A stretch of 64,000 nt of DNA. Source: an uncultured candidate division Zixibacteria bacterium. Its GTDB lineage: Bacteria > Zixibacteria > MSB-5A5 > GN15 > FEB-12. The position numbers and the translations under genes are program-made. Of the stretch, positions 20,054 through 31,499 are shown piece by piece. The notes beneath the pieces were generated by a model that worked only from the letters and a program-made list of their open reading frames with translations, ran no database searches and had not been told where the DNA came from. Numbering within the stretch: the stretch's first letter is position 1; the number at the start of each line of letters is the position of its first letter. Location: NCBI GenBank assembly GCA_963664195.1, contig OY760907.1:544001-608000 (forward strand), given 5' to 3'.

Positions 20054-20729
20054 TCACGTCCTCAATCATGGTGACATCAAAGAAAAGATCAATCACATAG
20101 GGCGCGAGTTGGGAATGACTGATCCCACAATGAGCGTGTGCGGCCTCGATTCCTGAGATCCATTCTCCGACTGACTCCGGTCCTTTTGTAGCGAAGTCGT
20201 TGATGAAATAGACAAAAACGAGGAATGCCGGGATATCATTTAGTTGCCGGAGCAAGTGAAGGTGTGCTAATCGATTGGCATATTGATAGTACTGTTTTGT
20301 CCAGTGACGGGATTCGGATACACCGTAGAATGCCGCCGTCTCGGCGAAGCTACTCTGAATCAACGTCAGAGATTTTGGACAGGCGCCGCAGGTCGACTTC
20401 AGTTCGGGCACGTTGGCCTTTGCTTCAACAAGCAAGACCTCACCTCGACTGGTCCTGGCCAATCCGTCCCAACAGGGGCCTCGTCGTGGCCAGAATGACT
20501 CGAGATCACGCTTCTCAAGATGAATTGACAGTTTCTCCAAAAACGCTTCGTCCTGGTATTCAGCGTATTCGTCGTTTTCTAAAGGCGACAACCACGTAAT
20601 AGATTCCCTATCGTTCAACCCAAGTCGTGCGTGCAAAGCATCGTTGAGAACCTCAGGATGCCGGTTGACGTAATCCTGCAACCAGCGCTGGCTGCCTTTC
20701 TTGGCTTTCTGCTGAGCTATTCTGGACAT
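20028..20729 (-). CDS. Hypothetical protein, putative PD-(D/E)xK nuclease
   Basis: WDGLA...LLVEAK motif and YYQYANRLAHL; AGGAGG RBS. Confidence 0.6.
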   Translation of the reverse strand: MSRIAQQKAKKGSQRWLQDYVNRHPEVLNDALHARLGLNDRESITWLSPLENDEYAEYQDEAFLEKLSIHLEKRDLESFWPRRGPCWDGLARTSRGEVLLVEAKANVPELKSTCGACPKSLTLIQSSFAETAAFYGVSESRHWTKQYYQYANRLAHLHLLRQLNDIPAFLVFVYFINDFATKGPESVGEWISGIEAAHAHCGISHSQLAPYVIDLFFDVTMIEDVSPRRAEPG

Positions 20730-20799
20730 AGGATTTCCCTCCTCTTTTCCTGCGCTGAATTTGTGGACTGCTTGATTGCTCCCTCGGAAGACCTTAATT

Positions 20800-20920
20800 G
20801 TAGGTCGAAACTCCTGCAGTTTCGACACCTTTGGTGGCCTCAGACAGACTATGGCAGATCCGCTCCGCTAGTACGTGCATCATGCCCGTTTCGTCTATTC
20901 GGGTTCAGCCTTGCGGGGAC
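20800..20920 (+). repeat. 120-bp repeat, copy 2
   Basis: First 27 nt identical to copy 1; shared atggcaga, agta, gtttc and cgggttcagcc blocks. Confidence 0.85.
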
Positions 20921-20923
20921 CTG

Positions 20924-21358
20924 CTACTCCAAGTATTCGACATACAGCAGTGCCAACCAGATCACTGTAAATACAACCGGAAGAACGACATCCATCTTCT
21001 CGCGTGTGAGTCGCCAATTGCCATCTATACCGAACACCTCGTTCACCTTCTGCCTGAAATCAGGGTCTCTTGCGTACACATCTTCCTAGCCGGCCAGCTC
21101 AGTACCGAGCGGCCCCTTCGTCGCTTGGTACTTATAGTAGTCAACTCTCAAGAATCTCGAGACTACAACACGGTGCCAAATGCACCAGATCATGAACAAG
21201 GCCAGTCCGGCGATGAGCGCCAGCAGCCACGAGGTCGCCTTGTCAGTAACCAGTATGGCGCCGACCGTAACAAGAAACGATTGAGAGGCTACAAACGTCG
21301 ACCTGTACGACTGAAGCAAGCCCTCGTTTGCCGACCACGCAGTATTTACATCTATCAT
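20924..21358 (-). pseudogene. Small 3-TM membrane protein interrupted by an in-frame TAG (21086-21088)
   Basis: AAGGAGG RBS and ATG at 21358. The frame continues after the TAG as EDVYARDPDFRQKVNEVFGIDGNWRLTREKMDVVLPVVFTVIWLALLYVEYLE* to 20924. Confidence 0.7.
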
Positions 21359-21455
21359 AGCTACCTCCTTGTCTGTCTGGCGGAACAACGACCCCGTGGA
21401 AGACACAGTGATCTAGAGATACAGGACCAAGCTTGCGGTCTTGTCAGGCTCCCTA

Positions 21456-22289
21456 TCATGGAATGAGTATGCTTTCGTCGGGCAGTGAACGAACCTCTAT
21501 GCAACGAATCAACAGCTTGCGCAGCACCTCAGCAGACTCCTCCACAGCCTTGGCACTGTCGCCTTTGATCTTTGAACCATGCACTGCTGCCGAGCGCCTC
21601 TTGTATAGCCTTCTCGCAGATTCAAATGCTCTCTTCCGTTCATCCGAATCATCTGAATGGAGGAAGCGCGCAATATACAAGCTTACTCGGAACACCACTT
21701 CTGTATTCACTCCGAATAACGCCTCTATCCCCGCCCACAGCACGGCGAGCCTAATCCTGGGCAGTGAATGCCAACGGTAGGTGGACAGACAGTGTACGGC
21801 GGTCTCGAAACTGCCGTTTTCGAGCATCTGTCGAGCGTCGTCGAAGTGCGCGGTTATCCAGTCGGCCTCGTCAGACGTGATCATGTGCGGTGGGTTATTG
21901 GACAGGCCACGCATGTGATGATTGGTTGCATGCAGAGCGCTATCGACAGTTATCTCACTTGAGGAAGCATCTGACTGAAGGTTGAATCCGACGTCGGCCC
22001 GGAACACTGCACTCAGAAGGAGAGCGTCCCACGTGGAGTTCCACGCGACAACCGCTAGCCTCTCGGGCGTCTTAGCAGTAATTCTGAACTGTGCAGTAGT
22101 GCGCGGAATGAACGCCGCAACGACAGCAATATCATCCGGGTGCGAGCACGTAGCGAGTGCAGTCTTCAGATCAAGATGCGAAGTATCGGCGGGCTGTAAC
22201 TCGACATTGTCACTGAGCCTGATGCTGCTTCTCGTGGCTATCCCGCTGAGCAAGATGAAAGTAACATCGCCGTTTCCTAGGATGCGCAT
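21456..22289 (-). CDS. HEPN-domain protein (ApeA/MAE_28990-like C-terminus)
   Basis: LWAGIEALF helix and RLYKRRSAAVHG (Rx4H) HEPN motif. Confidence 0.78.
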   Translation of the reverse strand: MRILGNGDVTFILLSGIATRSSIRLSDNVELQPADTSHLDLKTALATCSHPDDIAVVAAFIPRTTAQFRITAKTPERLAVVAWNSTWDALLLSAVFRADVGFNLQSDASSSEITVDSALHATNHHMRGLSNNPPHMITSDEADWITAHFDDARQMLENGSFETAVHCLSTYRWHSLPRIRLAVLWAGIEALFGVNTEVVFRVSLYIARFLHSDDSDERKRAFESARRLYKRRSAAVHGSKIKGDSAKAVEESAEVLRKLLIRCIEVRSLPDESILIP

Positions 22290-22510
22290 ATGATTCTCTC
22301 CGCATGATGCTATTCCGTATGATCCAGCGGCTCAACATGGGCATCAATAATCAGCTGAATCATCACAAATCCCTCCCAAATCATAGGGACTTCGCAGAAT
22401 GGCCTAAGATTGCTTCTATGATATATGATAATGAGCGCCCCGTCAAGCATCTGTAAAGACTGATCGGTCCACACTTCGACAAACTCAGCGCGACTCATCA
22501 GTTTCCCCGT

Positions 22511-22537
22511 GTTGAAGCCACAGAAGTTTCGACCGAC
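22511..22537 (-). repeat. REP-like hairpin, family A (inverted degenerate copy)
   Basis: Minus strand gtcggtcgaaacttctgtggcttcaac versus gtaggtcgaaactcctgcagtttcgac. Confidence 0.6.
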
Positions 22538-22640
22538 TGACAACGTTTACACCAGGCATCACACATCACACAAGGACTACACAATCCATATTGCCCACGT
22601 TGCCATAGAGCGCAACCGCAAATCCGGCACACTTTTTTCC

Positions 22641-22670
22641 TTGACACAATGACCCGTTAGTCCATATATT
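22641..22670 (+). promoter_or_regulatory. Sigma70-type promoter
   Basis: TTGACA-18 nt-TATATT preceded by a T-rich tract. Confidence 0.65.
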
Positions 22671-22889
22671 ACTGTGTGTCCTGAGGGAGCCCTTCACTCC
22701 CTTGTCGTGACCGGATAACCGTTCAACCCCACCTCAGATTAGAGTACCTCACTGCCGCTGCCTATGTGACGGACAACCATATTTTCATGGAGGACGCCTA
22801 TGGTCTGAGGTTATCATCCGGGTAGGAGGTTGTCGACGCTTCCGCCTGCACGGTAGATAACGGTGAGGGTCGATTTTTCAGGCGCAAGT
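22671..22889 (+). ncRNA. Candidate structured ncRNA (rod-like, 6S-sized; may extend to about 23103)
   Basis: 5' actgtgtgtcctga pairs with 3' tcaggcgcaagt; nested pairs cccttcac/gtgaggg, ttgtcgtg/cacggtag, ccggat/atccgg and acctcagatt/ggtctgaggt; no credible ORF. Confidence 0.5.
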
Positions 22890-23074
22890 GGACTGGTCAT
22901 CTGCAGTCGCCAGGAACTTCGGCGGCTTTTTCGGTGTTTGCTTCGGCAGGCGCGACAGTGAAAACCGATGCGGCACAAGCCCCCGGTCAGAAACTGTCAC
23001 CCCGGAAACGCCCCCCAGCCACGGGGAACGGGGAGCGCTGGAGGCGTGCCCCGCACGACCGCAATACGATTCTG

Positions 23075-23103
23075 GCCCGACGGTTTACCGGCCGTCGGGC
23101 TTT
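23075..23103 (+). terminator. Intrinsic terminator-like hairpin
   Basis: gcccgacggt-ttaccg-gccgtcgggc followed by ttt. Confidence 0.6.
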
Positions 23104-23315
23104 ATCATGCTCCATACAGTATGGGGACTCCCCCCCATTCGGCCTCTCAAATCGACTCGGAAATCCTTTCCATGCTGTGCAAAATCACCACAAAAATGCG
23201 GCTAAACCCTTGTGCCACAGAGTAGTTGTACGGCACTCCCGGCGCGGCCTGCCGGGCGGCACCGCCGTTGCAATAGGAGTTGCAGAACAACGAAACTCAA
23301 GCAGGGTGGCCGAAG

Positions 23316-23549
23316 ATGAAAGTGAAGTTCGTTTTGACCATGGATGACGTCACCGTCAATGATGAAGTCATCGATCAGGTTGTGTTGGACTGGATCAGCG
23401 ATGTCGATCAGCAGGAGATTATGGAAGTATCCCACAAATGGATCACCACCCAGAACTTCCTGACTCATCGCATGACCGGTCTGACCCGCGTAGGTGAATC
23501 CTCACTAACTATTGAACCTCTAGAAGAGCCGAGCGATGCTAACGTCTAG
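23316..23549 (+). CDS. Small acidic hypothetical protein
   Basis: 77-aa ORF with host-like codon usage, overlapping the next gene. Confidence 0.6.
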   Translation: MKVKFVLTMDDVTVNDEVIDQVVLDWISDVDQQEIMEVSHKWITTQNFLTHRMTGLTRVGESSLTIEPLEEPSDANV

Positions 23550-23871
23550 TCTCATAGTTCAAGTCAAAGATTTTGCCGATGAGGCCGCCGTCCGGGCCGA
23601 GGAATACTCCGGCGTGGTGGATCAGGGCAAGGACTTCATCACCGACACGTTCGGTCAGAACGGGCTGTATGCGGCGTATGTCGCCGCCGCGGTGATATTG
23701 ATTTTCGTCCTCTCGCGAGTAGCGAAACTGACTTTCAGCACGTTAAAGTTTCTGGTGATTCCCTCGGTGGCTCTGGCTTTCCTGGCTACTCTCTTCCTGC
23801 CGTATTCTTTCGTGGTGACGTTCCCTGTAAGTGTCACCGTTTGTTCGCTGTTCCTGCTGTTCAAGGGGTGA
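23536..23871 (+). CDS. Hypothetical membrane protein (3 TM)
   Basis: Three hydrophobic segments in the C-terminal half. Confidence 0.65.
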   Translation: MLTSSLIVQVKDFADEAAVRAEEYSGVVDQGKDFITDTFGQNGLYAAYVAAAVILIFVLSRVAKLTFSTLKFLVIPSVALAFLATLFLPYSFVVTFPVSVTVCSLFLLFKG

Positions 23872-24101
23872 CAGAGAGTCACCCCTGTCGTTGCTATGTC
23901 AGCGACAATCTCGAAACCTATTGGCGGGAGTCCCATACTCTATGGCGGCTCCCCTGTCTTATTCTATGCTTTCTCAAAATGCGAATTCCGGGTGAAACAG
24001 TGTAAGGCGCTGCGGGGCGGTCCTTTGCGCGGATTTCTCGGTTTTGGCAGTCCTCTTGCATAAGGAAGGTCAAACACGATAAAGAAACGGGTGAAGCTAC
24101 T

Positions 24102-24551
24102 ATGTCGACCGACCAGACATGCATCAATTGCGGACAACCGCTGACAAAGAAAAACGGCGTACGCCTCTGTGTTCGCTGCAACTCCGAAACAATCGATAGC
24201 TCGCAGATATTCATCGAAAGCAGCGATGAGGACGATTGGGTGTTCATCGAGTGCCACGGCGCCACGCTCTACGAGGAAGGCACCAACGACATCAAAGCCG
24301 GCGTCAAGTTCAACGACGATGACGACATCACCAAGGGACACCAGATAATCGAACATCCGGTGTACGCTCCGGCTCACAACAAACGCCGGCGAGTCAAACG
24401 TGAGGCGCTCGGCAATATCCGTCGCTGCCAGGCCTGTCAGGACTACACGGTGCGTATGAGACGGCCCGAGGGAGCCGACTTCTATATACCGTCGAACAAG
24501 CATCCTAATCGCAAGAAGCTGAAATCCGTGAACTACCGCACGTACGCCTGA
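24102..24551 (+). CDS. Hypothetical zinc-ribbon protein
   Basis: CINC...CVRC and CQAC motifs; basic C-terminus. Confidence 0.65.
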   Translation: MSTDQTCINCGQPLTKKNGVRLCVRCNSETIDSSQIFIESSDEDDWVFIECHGATLYEEGTNDIKAGVKFNDDDDITKGHQIIEHPVYAPAHNKRRRVKREALGNIRRCQACQDYTVRMRRPEGADFYIPSNKHPNRKKLKSVNYRTYA

Positions 24552-24750
24552 CCGGCCGCCCCAAAAGACTCTCTTCCGGCCCTTCCCACGTCCCTCTCCG
24601 GGGGCTTTGAAGGGCCTTTCTTGCACCAAAAACCCAGACCGCAGGAAACCCAGAACTGCCCTCGATCCGCTCTTTTTCACAGGGCGCATTTAACATCCCG
24701 GCAATCTTCGTAAATAATTGCAAGACAATAAGATACTTGAGCCTTTTTCC

Positions 24751-24779
24751 TTGCGGATCAGGGTAGAAAATGTTATCTT
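24751..24779 (+). promoter_or_regulatory. Sigma70 promoter for dciA-gyrB
   Basis: TTGCGG-17 nt-TATCTT with extended -10 TG. Confidence 0.5.
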
Positions 24780-24802
24780 ATAGGACTAGGATTTGAAACG
24801 TT

Positions 24803-27072
<2,270 letters not shown>

Positions 27073-27344
27073 ATTGTAACGATGGGGCAGATTATCATCT
27101 GCTGCCCACGGAATGTAACAACCGTCGAGGCTCAGGCCCCGGCGGTTTTTTGTGGGACGATACGCTGAGTCGTAGGGCTGGTCCGTCCTCGAACCCGCCA
27201 AGAGGTCATACCGACAAGCTCCTGAGTTGTGTTGACGGTCGGTGCGTGGAATCGCTTGGGCGTGGCACCCGGATTGAACGCGCAACTACTGTGAGTAATT
27301 GGCAGGTTCGAAGACAGAACTCTCCAGCAAGACTCTAAGGCAAT

Positions 27345-27388
27345 GTCGAGACTACAGGGCAACTCGGTCGCTCGTGGTTTCGACCTAC
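27345..27388 (-). repeat. REP-like hairpin, family A (long-loop copy)
   Basis: gtcgagactac...gtggtttcgac-ctac. Confidence 0.55.
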
Positions 27389-27391
27389 AAA

Positions 27392-27901
27392 CTACTCGTC
27401 AGATTTGTCCTTGGAATCATCGGCAGGCTTATCGCCGTCAGTCGTGGCTGACTTCGGCTCTACTGCAGGCAGGTCTTTGATCTCTTCCGGGACTTCCAGC
27501 TTGGGAGTGAAGATGCCGAGATAACGCTGGTACCACTTCCAGTTCTTCTTCTCTTTCTTGTACCACTTCTTGAACGCTTTCTGGCGCTTGACCTCGACCG
27601 CATCGTACTCCTCGATCAACAGTAGGACAATCTCGACGCATTCGCGCCGTTCCAGTGCGGTTCGGAGAGCCTCGTATTCACTCCAGTTGAAGACAGCCTG
27701 AAACATCGGTTCCGCAAAAACCAAACCCTGTGAGAACATGTAGTTGAGCGGCTTAACGCTCTCAAGAGCCATAATGGCGGGAACGGTCAAGCCCCTCCGT
27801 ACCACCCACCGGGCAAACTTGTCGAGCACCGCCTCCTGCTCCTCAGGAAGAACGCCGCGTCCGGAATTCGGCAGTTCCATACCGCCTTTGAAAAAACTCA
27901 T
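27392..27901 (-). CDS. Conserved hypothetical protein
   Basis: VVRRGLTVPAIMALESVKPL motif; ATGA overlap with the upstream gene. Confidence 0.75.
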   Translation of the reverse strand: MSFFKGGMELPNSGRGVLPEEQEAVLDKFARWVVRRGLTVPAIMALESVKPLNYMFSQGLVFAEPMFQAVFNWSEYEALRTALERRECVEIVLLLIEEYDAVEVKRQKAFKKWYKKEKKNWKWYQRYLGIFTPKLEVPEEIKDLPAVEPKSATTDGDKPADDSKDKSDE

Positions 27902-28422
27902 GATGCCTCTTCCTCATCGGTGACGGACTCGCCGGGTGCAGGCTCGTCGGGTGCTTCCTCGTGCGCGCGGACTATGCGTGTCTTGACGAATTCCGTAACC
28001 TCGTCGGCATTCTGATTGAAGATCAGGTACATGCCCCGGAAATTCTCCAGCCGCGACGGCTCCGCGAACGGCGAAAGCAGTATGCCGTTTTTGTCGGGGT
28101 AACAGGTACGGAAATTCGACCAGGGCTTAGTAAACGTCTGAGTAGTCGTCTTGATCGAGATGCGCCTGTCAGTCAGGCGAAATCGGGTGGGGAGATAGAA
28201 TTTGGCCAGCGAAGCAAACAGCACCAGACAGGCCAGCAGGCCAAACGCCTGCGAATCGGTGAGCCGATAGACTAGCGCACCAACAATCGTAATGAAGAGC
28301 GAAACGGCAATCGCAACCAGTGGCTTGCGCTTCAGCGGATGGCATACCCACTCGAGTACTTCGCCCTCGTCTTCAGGCTCAATTGCAGCCAATTCGTCGT
28401 TTGTCGGTTCGCGGTCGCTCAC
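27898..28422 (-). CDS. Hypothetical membrane protein (2 TM plus a PH-like beta domain)
   Basis: Two hydrophobic helices followed by ...LLSPF...RLENFRG. Confidence 0.75.
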   Translation of the reverse strand: MSDREPTNDELAAIEPEDEGEVLEWVCHPLKRKPLVAIAVSLFITIVGALVYRLTDSQAFGLLACLVLFASLAKFYLPTRFRLTDRRISIKTTTQTFTKPWSNFRTCYPDKNGILLSPFAEPSRLENFRGMYLIFNQNADEVTEFVKTRIVRAHEEAPDEPAPGESVTDEEEAS

Positions 28423-28428
28423 GGTGTG

Positions 28429-28635
28429 TTACCCCTGGTTAGGATCGCGATAGCGTTCTTTCTTGACTGTTTGCATCATATCGAGAAGTTCTTCGGCCGT
28501 GATGAGTTTCTTCTCGATCAGCAGACGCACGAGCGCTTCCTGAGCCATATTGTTGGACAGGGCCAGCTCCTGATAGGTTACGTCGCGCTCCTGGCCGTCG
28601 ACAATCATTTTCATCGCAACATCTTTATCTGCCAT
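28429..28635 (-). CDS. Small hypothetical protein
   Basis: GGAGAGG RBS; ALVRLLIEKKLITAEEL helix; operonic spacing. Confidence 0.7.
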   Translation of the reverse strand: MADKDVAMKMIVDGQERDVTYQELALSNNMAQEALVRLLIEKKLITAEELLDMMQTVKKERYRDPNQG

Positions 28636-28730
28636 TTTCCCTCTCCGTTTCGTCAAACGATAGCTTTGTCAACATCTGTGCGCACACAACGGTCGCGGTT
28701 CTTATACGCTCCAACTTCGTTGGGATGGGA

Positions 28731-30527
28731 TTACTCTTCGGTAACCGTCGATGCAGCCGCGGCCTCGCCAAGGTACTCTGCGCCGCCGTCGACAACACGA
28801 TACAGTGGCAATTCGACATTCTCGCGATTGGCCCCAAAAGTAAGCGTGGCAGCCGCACCCTGGAATCCGCTGATTCGGCTCAACTGCGCGACCAACTCCG
28901 TCCGGGTCCCGCCGCCGGACCTGACCGCCACAGCTATAACGCGAACAGCATCGTAGCCGAGACTGGCCAAACGCTGGGGCTGTTTTCCATACCGACGGTC
29001 ATACGCCGCGGCAAACTTGACGTACTCCGGGCTAACCCGTTGTTGGAGGAACGGCGACGGAAACACGGCCTGCTTGGTGACATTGTCGCTCAAACGATAC
29101 ACCGCATCGTCGCCCCAACCATCGGAGCCAAGATACGCGCCCTTGAGGTTGTAGAAATTTATCTGCGGCAGCAACAGGCGAAGCTGACTGGCTTTGCCGG
29201 GCAGGAAGAGACAATCGACATAAGCCGGAACACCCTCGGCATCGAGCGTGTCGCCCCGTTCATCAACAAAAAACGATGAGTCCGGGTGGATCCCCAGAAG
29301 CAGCGCCTTGATATCGCGAATGTAAGTGCCGAAATCCGTATCTCGTGAGCGATAGTACTCGGTGGCAATCACGGTTCCGCCTAGCTCCTCGAATCGTTGA
29401 GTGAACGCGCGAGTCATCCGAAGGTCATCGGCACCGGTTGGTGTTATTATCGCGGCAGAGTCGGCCTTGAGATTAAGCACCGCGTAGTCGGCCATCTGGA
29501 TTCCCTGCAATTCGACGTTTGGCGAAAGCTGGAAACAGCTCTCACTCAGCAAGGTCAAACCGGCCTGTGTGGCCGCAGGGGCAAGCATCGGAAGCGTCTC
29601 ACAACTGAGCACGGCCGAACCGACCGCAGCTTCTTCAGATGTCAGCGGGCCGATGACAGCATCCACAGAAGAATGGATCAACTCGCGGATAATACGTCCG
29701 GCGTTGATAGCATCCCCTTTGGTGTCAAACGGCACCAGGTTGATCGAGCCGCCGGTTTCCTGTCGATAGGCTTCCGCAGCGACAATCGCGCCGTTATAGA
29801 TTTCCTCGCCGAACGATTGCAGTTCTCCGGAGAACGGCAACACCACCCCAATTTCCAGATCGCCGCCCCGCGAGGAGTACTGAGACATATCAACCCCGGG
29901 CACCTCGAGCGTCTCACCGCAAAGGGCCATCAAATCCTTGGCCGGTCCGTATGCCTTGCGGGCCACCAGCGACTGACTGAGGCGGGAAATGAATTCACAT
30001 CTCTCGACCTGCGGCAGGGATTCGAAATCCGCGTGGCCGAGGGTCACAGACTTAGCGCCGGCGATTGTCCCCGCCAGTGAACTGATAATCAGATCGCTGA
30101 GTCGGCTGTCCTGAGAGAAACGATACGCCTGAACGTACGCGGCCACCGCCCTGTCCAGTTTCCCTTTCAGGAATTGCGTATTGCCGAGGAAGAAATACCC
30201 GTGAGCCAGATTCGGCGACTTCGTATATCGTCGGGTGAAATCCGAAAAGGTCGCCTGGGCTTCATTGAAATTACCGAAATAAAACTCGGCTTTGCCCCGA
30301 TTAAAAACAAAGAGATCCATGTTGGGCGAATCGGGATAACGTCCGGCCAACTCGAGGAACACACGGGAGGCCTCAAGGTAACTGCCTTCGCGAAGCAGCC
30401 GCTTGCCTTTGGCATACTCCGAGACAACCTCGGGAAGATCGTCCAGGGATTCGCAGAAGGCCGACATACCACCAACAAAGAGAAACACCAACATCAGGGC
30501 GGCGATCCACCGCAGGGATTTACTCAA
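28731..30527 (-). CDS. TPR plus periplasmic-binding-fold protein (LpoA/LppC-like)
   Basis: Signal peptide, N-terminal TPRs, IGVVLPFSG, AVIGPL and LGYDAV. Confidence 0.75.
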   Translation of the reverse strand: MSKSLRWIAALMLVFLFVGGMSAFCESLDDLPEVVSEYAKGKRLLREGSYLEASRVFLELAGRYPDSPNMDLFVFNRGKAEFYFGNFNEAQATFSDFTRRYTKSPNLAHGYFFLGNTQFLKGKLDRAVAAYVQAYRFSQDSRLSDLIISSLAGTIAGAKSVTLGHADFESLPQVERCEFISRLSQSLVARKAYGPAKDLMALCGETLEVPGVDMSQYSSRGGDLEIGVVLPFSGELQSFGEEIYNGAIVAAEAYRQETGGSINLVPFDTKGDAINAGRIIRELIHSSVDAVIGPLTSEEAAVGSAVLSCETLPMLAPAATQAGLTLLSESCFQLSPNVELQGIQMADYAVLNLKADSAAIITPTGADDLRMTRAFTQRFEELGGTVIATEYYRSRDTDFGTYIRDIKALLLGIHPDSSFFVDERGDTLDAEGVPAYVDCLFLPGKASQLRLLLPQINFYNLKGAYLGSDGWGDDAVYRLSDNVTKQAVFPSPFLQQRVSPEYVKFAAAYDRRYGKQPQRLASLGYDAVRVIAVAVRSGGGTRTELVAQLSRISGFQGAAATLTFGANRENVELPLYRVVDGGAEYLGEAAAASTVTEE

Positions 30528-31018
30528 AGCTCGTATTTCCCGAAATCCTCAGGATTGATGTTCTTCAATCGCTCCCGCAGCGATTCCCGATCTGTCGGCA
30601 TCGACGGCATCTCCGGTGTCCCCTCGGCTGTTGCCTCGAACAGCGCGGCGTTGACGAAGATGGGCGCTTTGGTCTTCAGCGCCAGGGCGATGGAATCTGA
30701 CGGCCGCGCGTCGATGGCCTGCTCGCCACCGTTCTTGGACAAATACACAACCGCGAAGAACGTTTGTTCACGCAGTTCCGTGACTTCGATCCGAAGGACC
30801 TCAGAGCCTAACCCGTCGACGATCCGTTTCATCAGATCGTGGGTCAGAGGCCGGTTGGAGCCAACCCCGGAGAGTTCCATAGCGATCGCCCACGCCTCAG
30901 CATGACCGATCCAGATCGGGAGCACTTTGTCAAGACCGGACGGCGACAGTATGACCACAGGCGTATTGGTGGTCATATCCAGAGCCAGTCCCTCCAGTTG
31001 GACCTCTAACATTTCCAT
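30524..31018 (-). CDS. Bifunctional nuclease (DUF151) family protein
   Basis: LPIWIGHAEA, RPLTHDL and DARPSDSIALA. Confidence 0.92.
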   Translation of the reverse strand: MEMLEVQLEGLALDMTTNTPVVILSPSGLDKVLPIWIGHAEAWAIAMELSGVGSNRPLTHDLMKRIVDGLGSEVLRIEVTELREQTFFAVVYLSKNGGEQAIDARPSDSIALALKTKAPIFVNAALFEATAEGTPEMPSMPTDRESLRERLKNINPEDFGKYEL

Positions 31019-31022
31019 GTTC

Positions 31023-31469
31023 TTACGACTTCTTGGCTACCCAGAGTTTGACATTGGCGATCACATCCTTGTCGACCTTGATCGGCACGGTGAAAACGCC
31101 AAGCGCCTTAATCGGCTCTTCAAGCTGGATCGCACGCTTGTCAACGGTAACACCGTTTTCGGCCAGCAACGCAGCAATATCACCGTTGGTGATCGAACCG
31201 TACAACTTGTCTTCTTCGCCTACCAGAACCTCGGCTGAGAGTTCCAGCTTCTCGATGCGATCCTTGACCAGTTCGGCACCACGACGGGCCTTCTTCTCGC
31301 GAATGTCCTTCTGCTTGGCGATTTCGCCGATAGCCTTCAGGTTCGCTTTGGTGGCCGGGATCGCCAGATTACGCGGCATAAGGAAATTGCGGCCGTAGCC
31401 GTCCTTCACCTCAACCGTCTGCCCGGCTTCGCCGAGAGACTCAACATCTTCGCGCAATATAACTTTCAT
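31023..31469 (-). CDS. rplI: 50S ribosomal protein L9
   Basis: MKVILREDVESLG...VKDGYGRNFL and KLYGSIT. Confidence 0.97.
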   Translation of the reverse strand: MKVILREDVESLGEAGQTVEVKDGYGRNFLMPRNLAIPATKANLKAIGEIAKQKDIREKKARRGAELVKDRIEKLELSAEVLVGEEDKLYGSITNGDIAALLAENGVTVDKRAIQLEEPIKALGVFTVPIKVDKDVIANVKLWVAKKS

Positions 31470-31499
31470 CTTATCCTCTCCTAACAGTATACACAACAA

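Noticed and set aside
19934..20920. 120-bp repeats as a CRISPR array or integron attC sites
   Set aside because: Only two copies, separated by a whole gene; no cas or intI gene; no RYYYAAC/GTTRRRY boxes.
22787..22825. GGAGG followed by ATG GTC TGA, or MEDAYGLRLSSG, as a type I toxin
   Set aside because: The ORFs are 2-12 codons and not hydrophobic, and the SD-like sequence is part of a helix.
22888..23347. Track ORFs 22888-23205, 22934-23347 and 22968-23225
   Set aside because: Overlapping Pro/Arg/Gly-rich frames without an RBS that cross a terminator hairpin; better explained as GC-rich structured non-coding sequence.
24551..24800. oriC upstream of dciA-gyrB
   Set aside because: No DnaA boxes (TTATCCACA-like) or convincing unwinding element seen.
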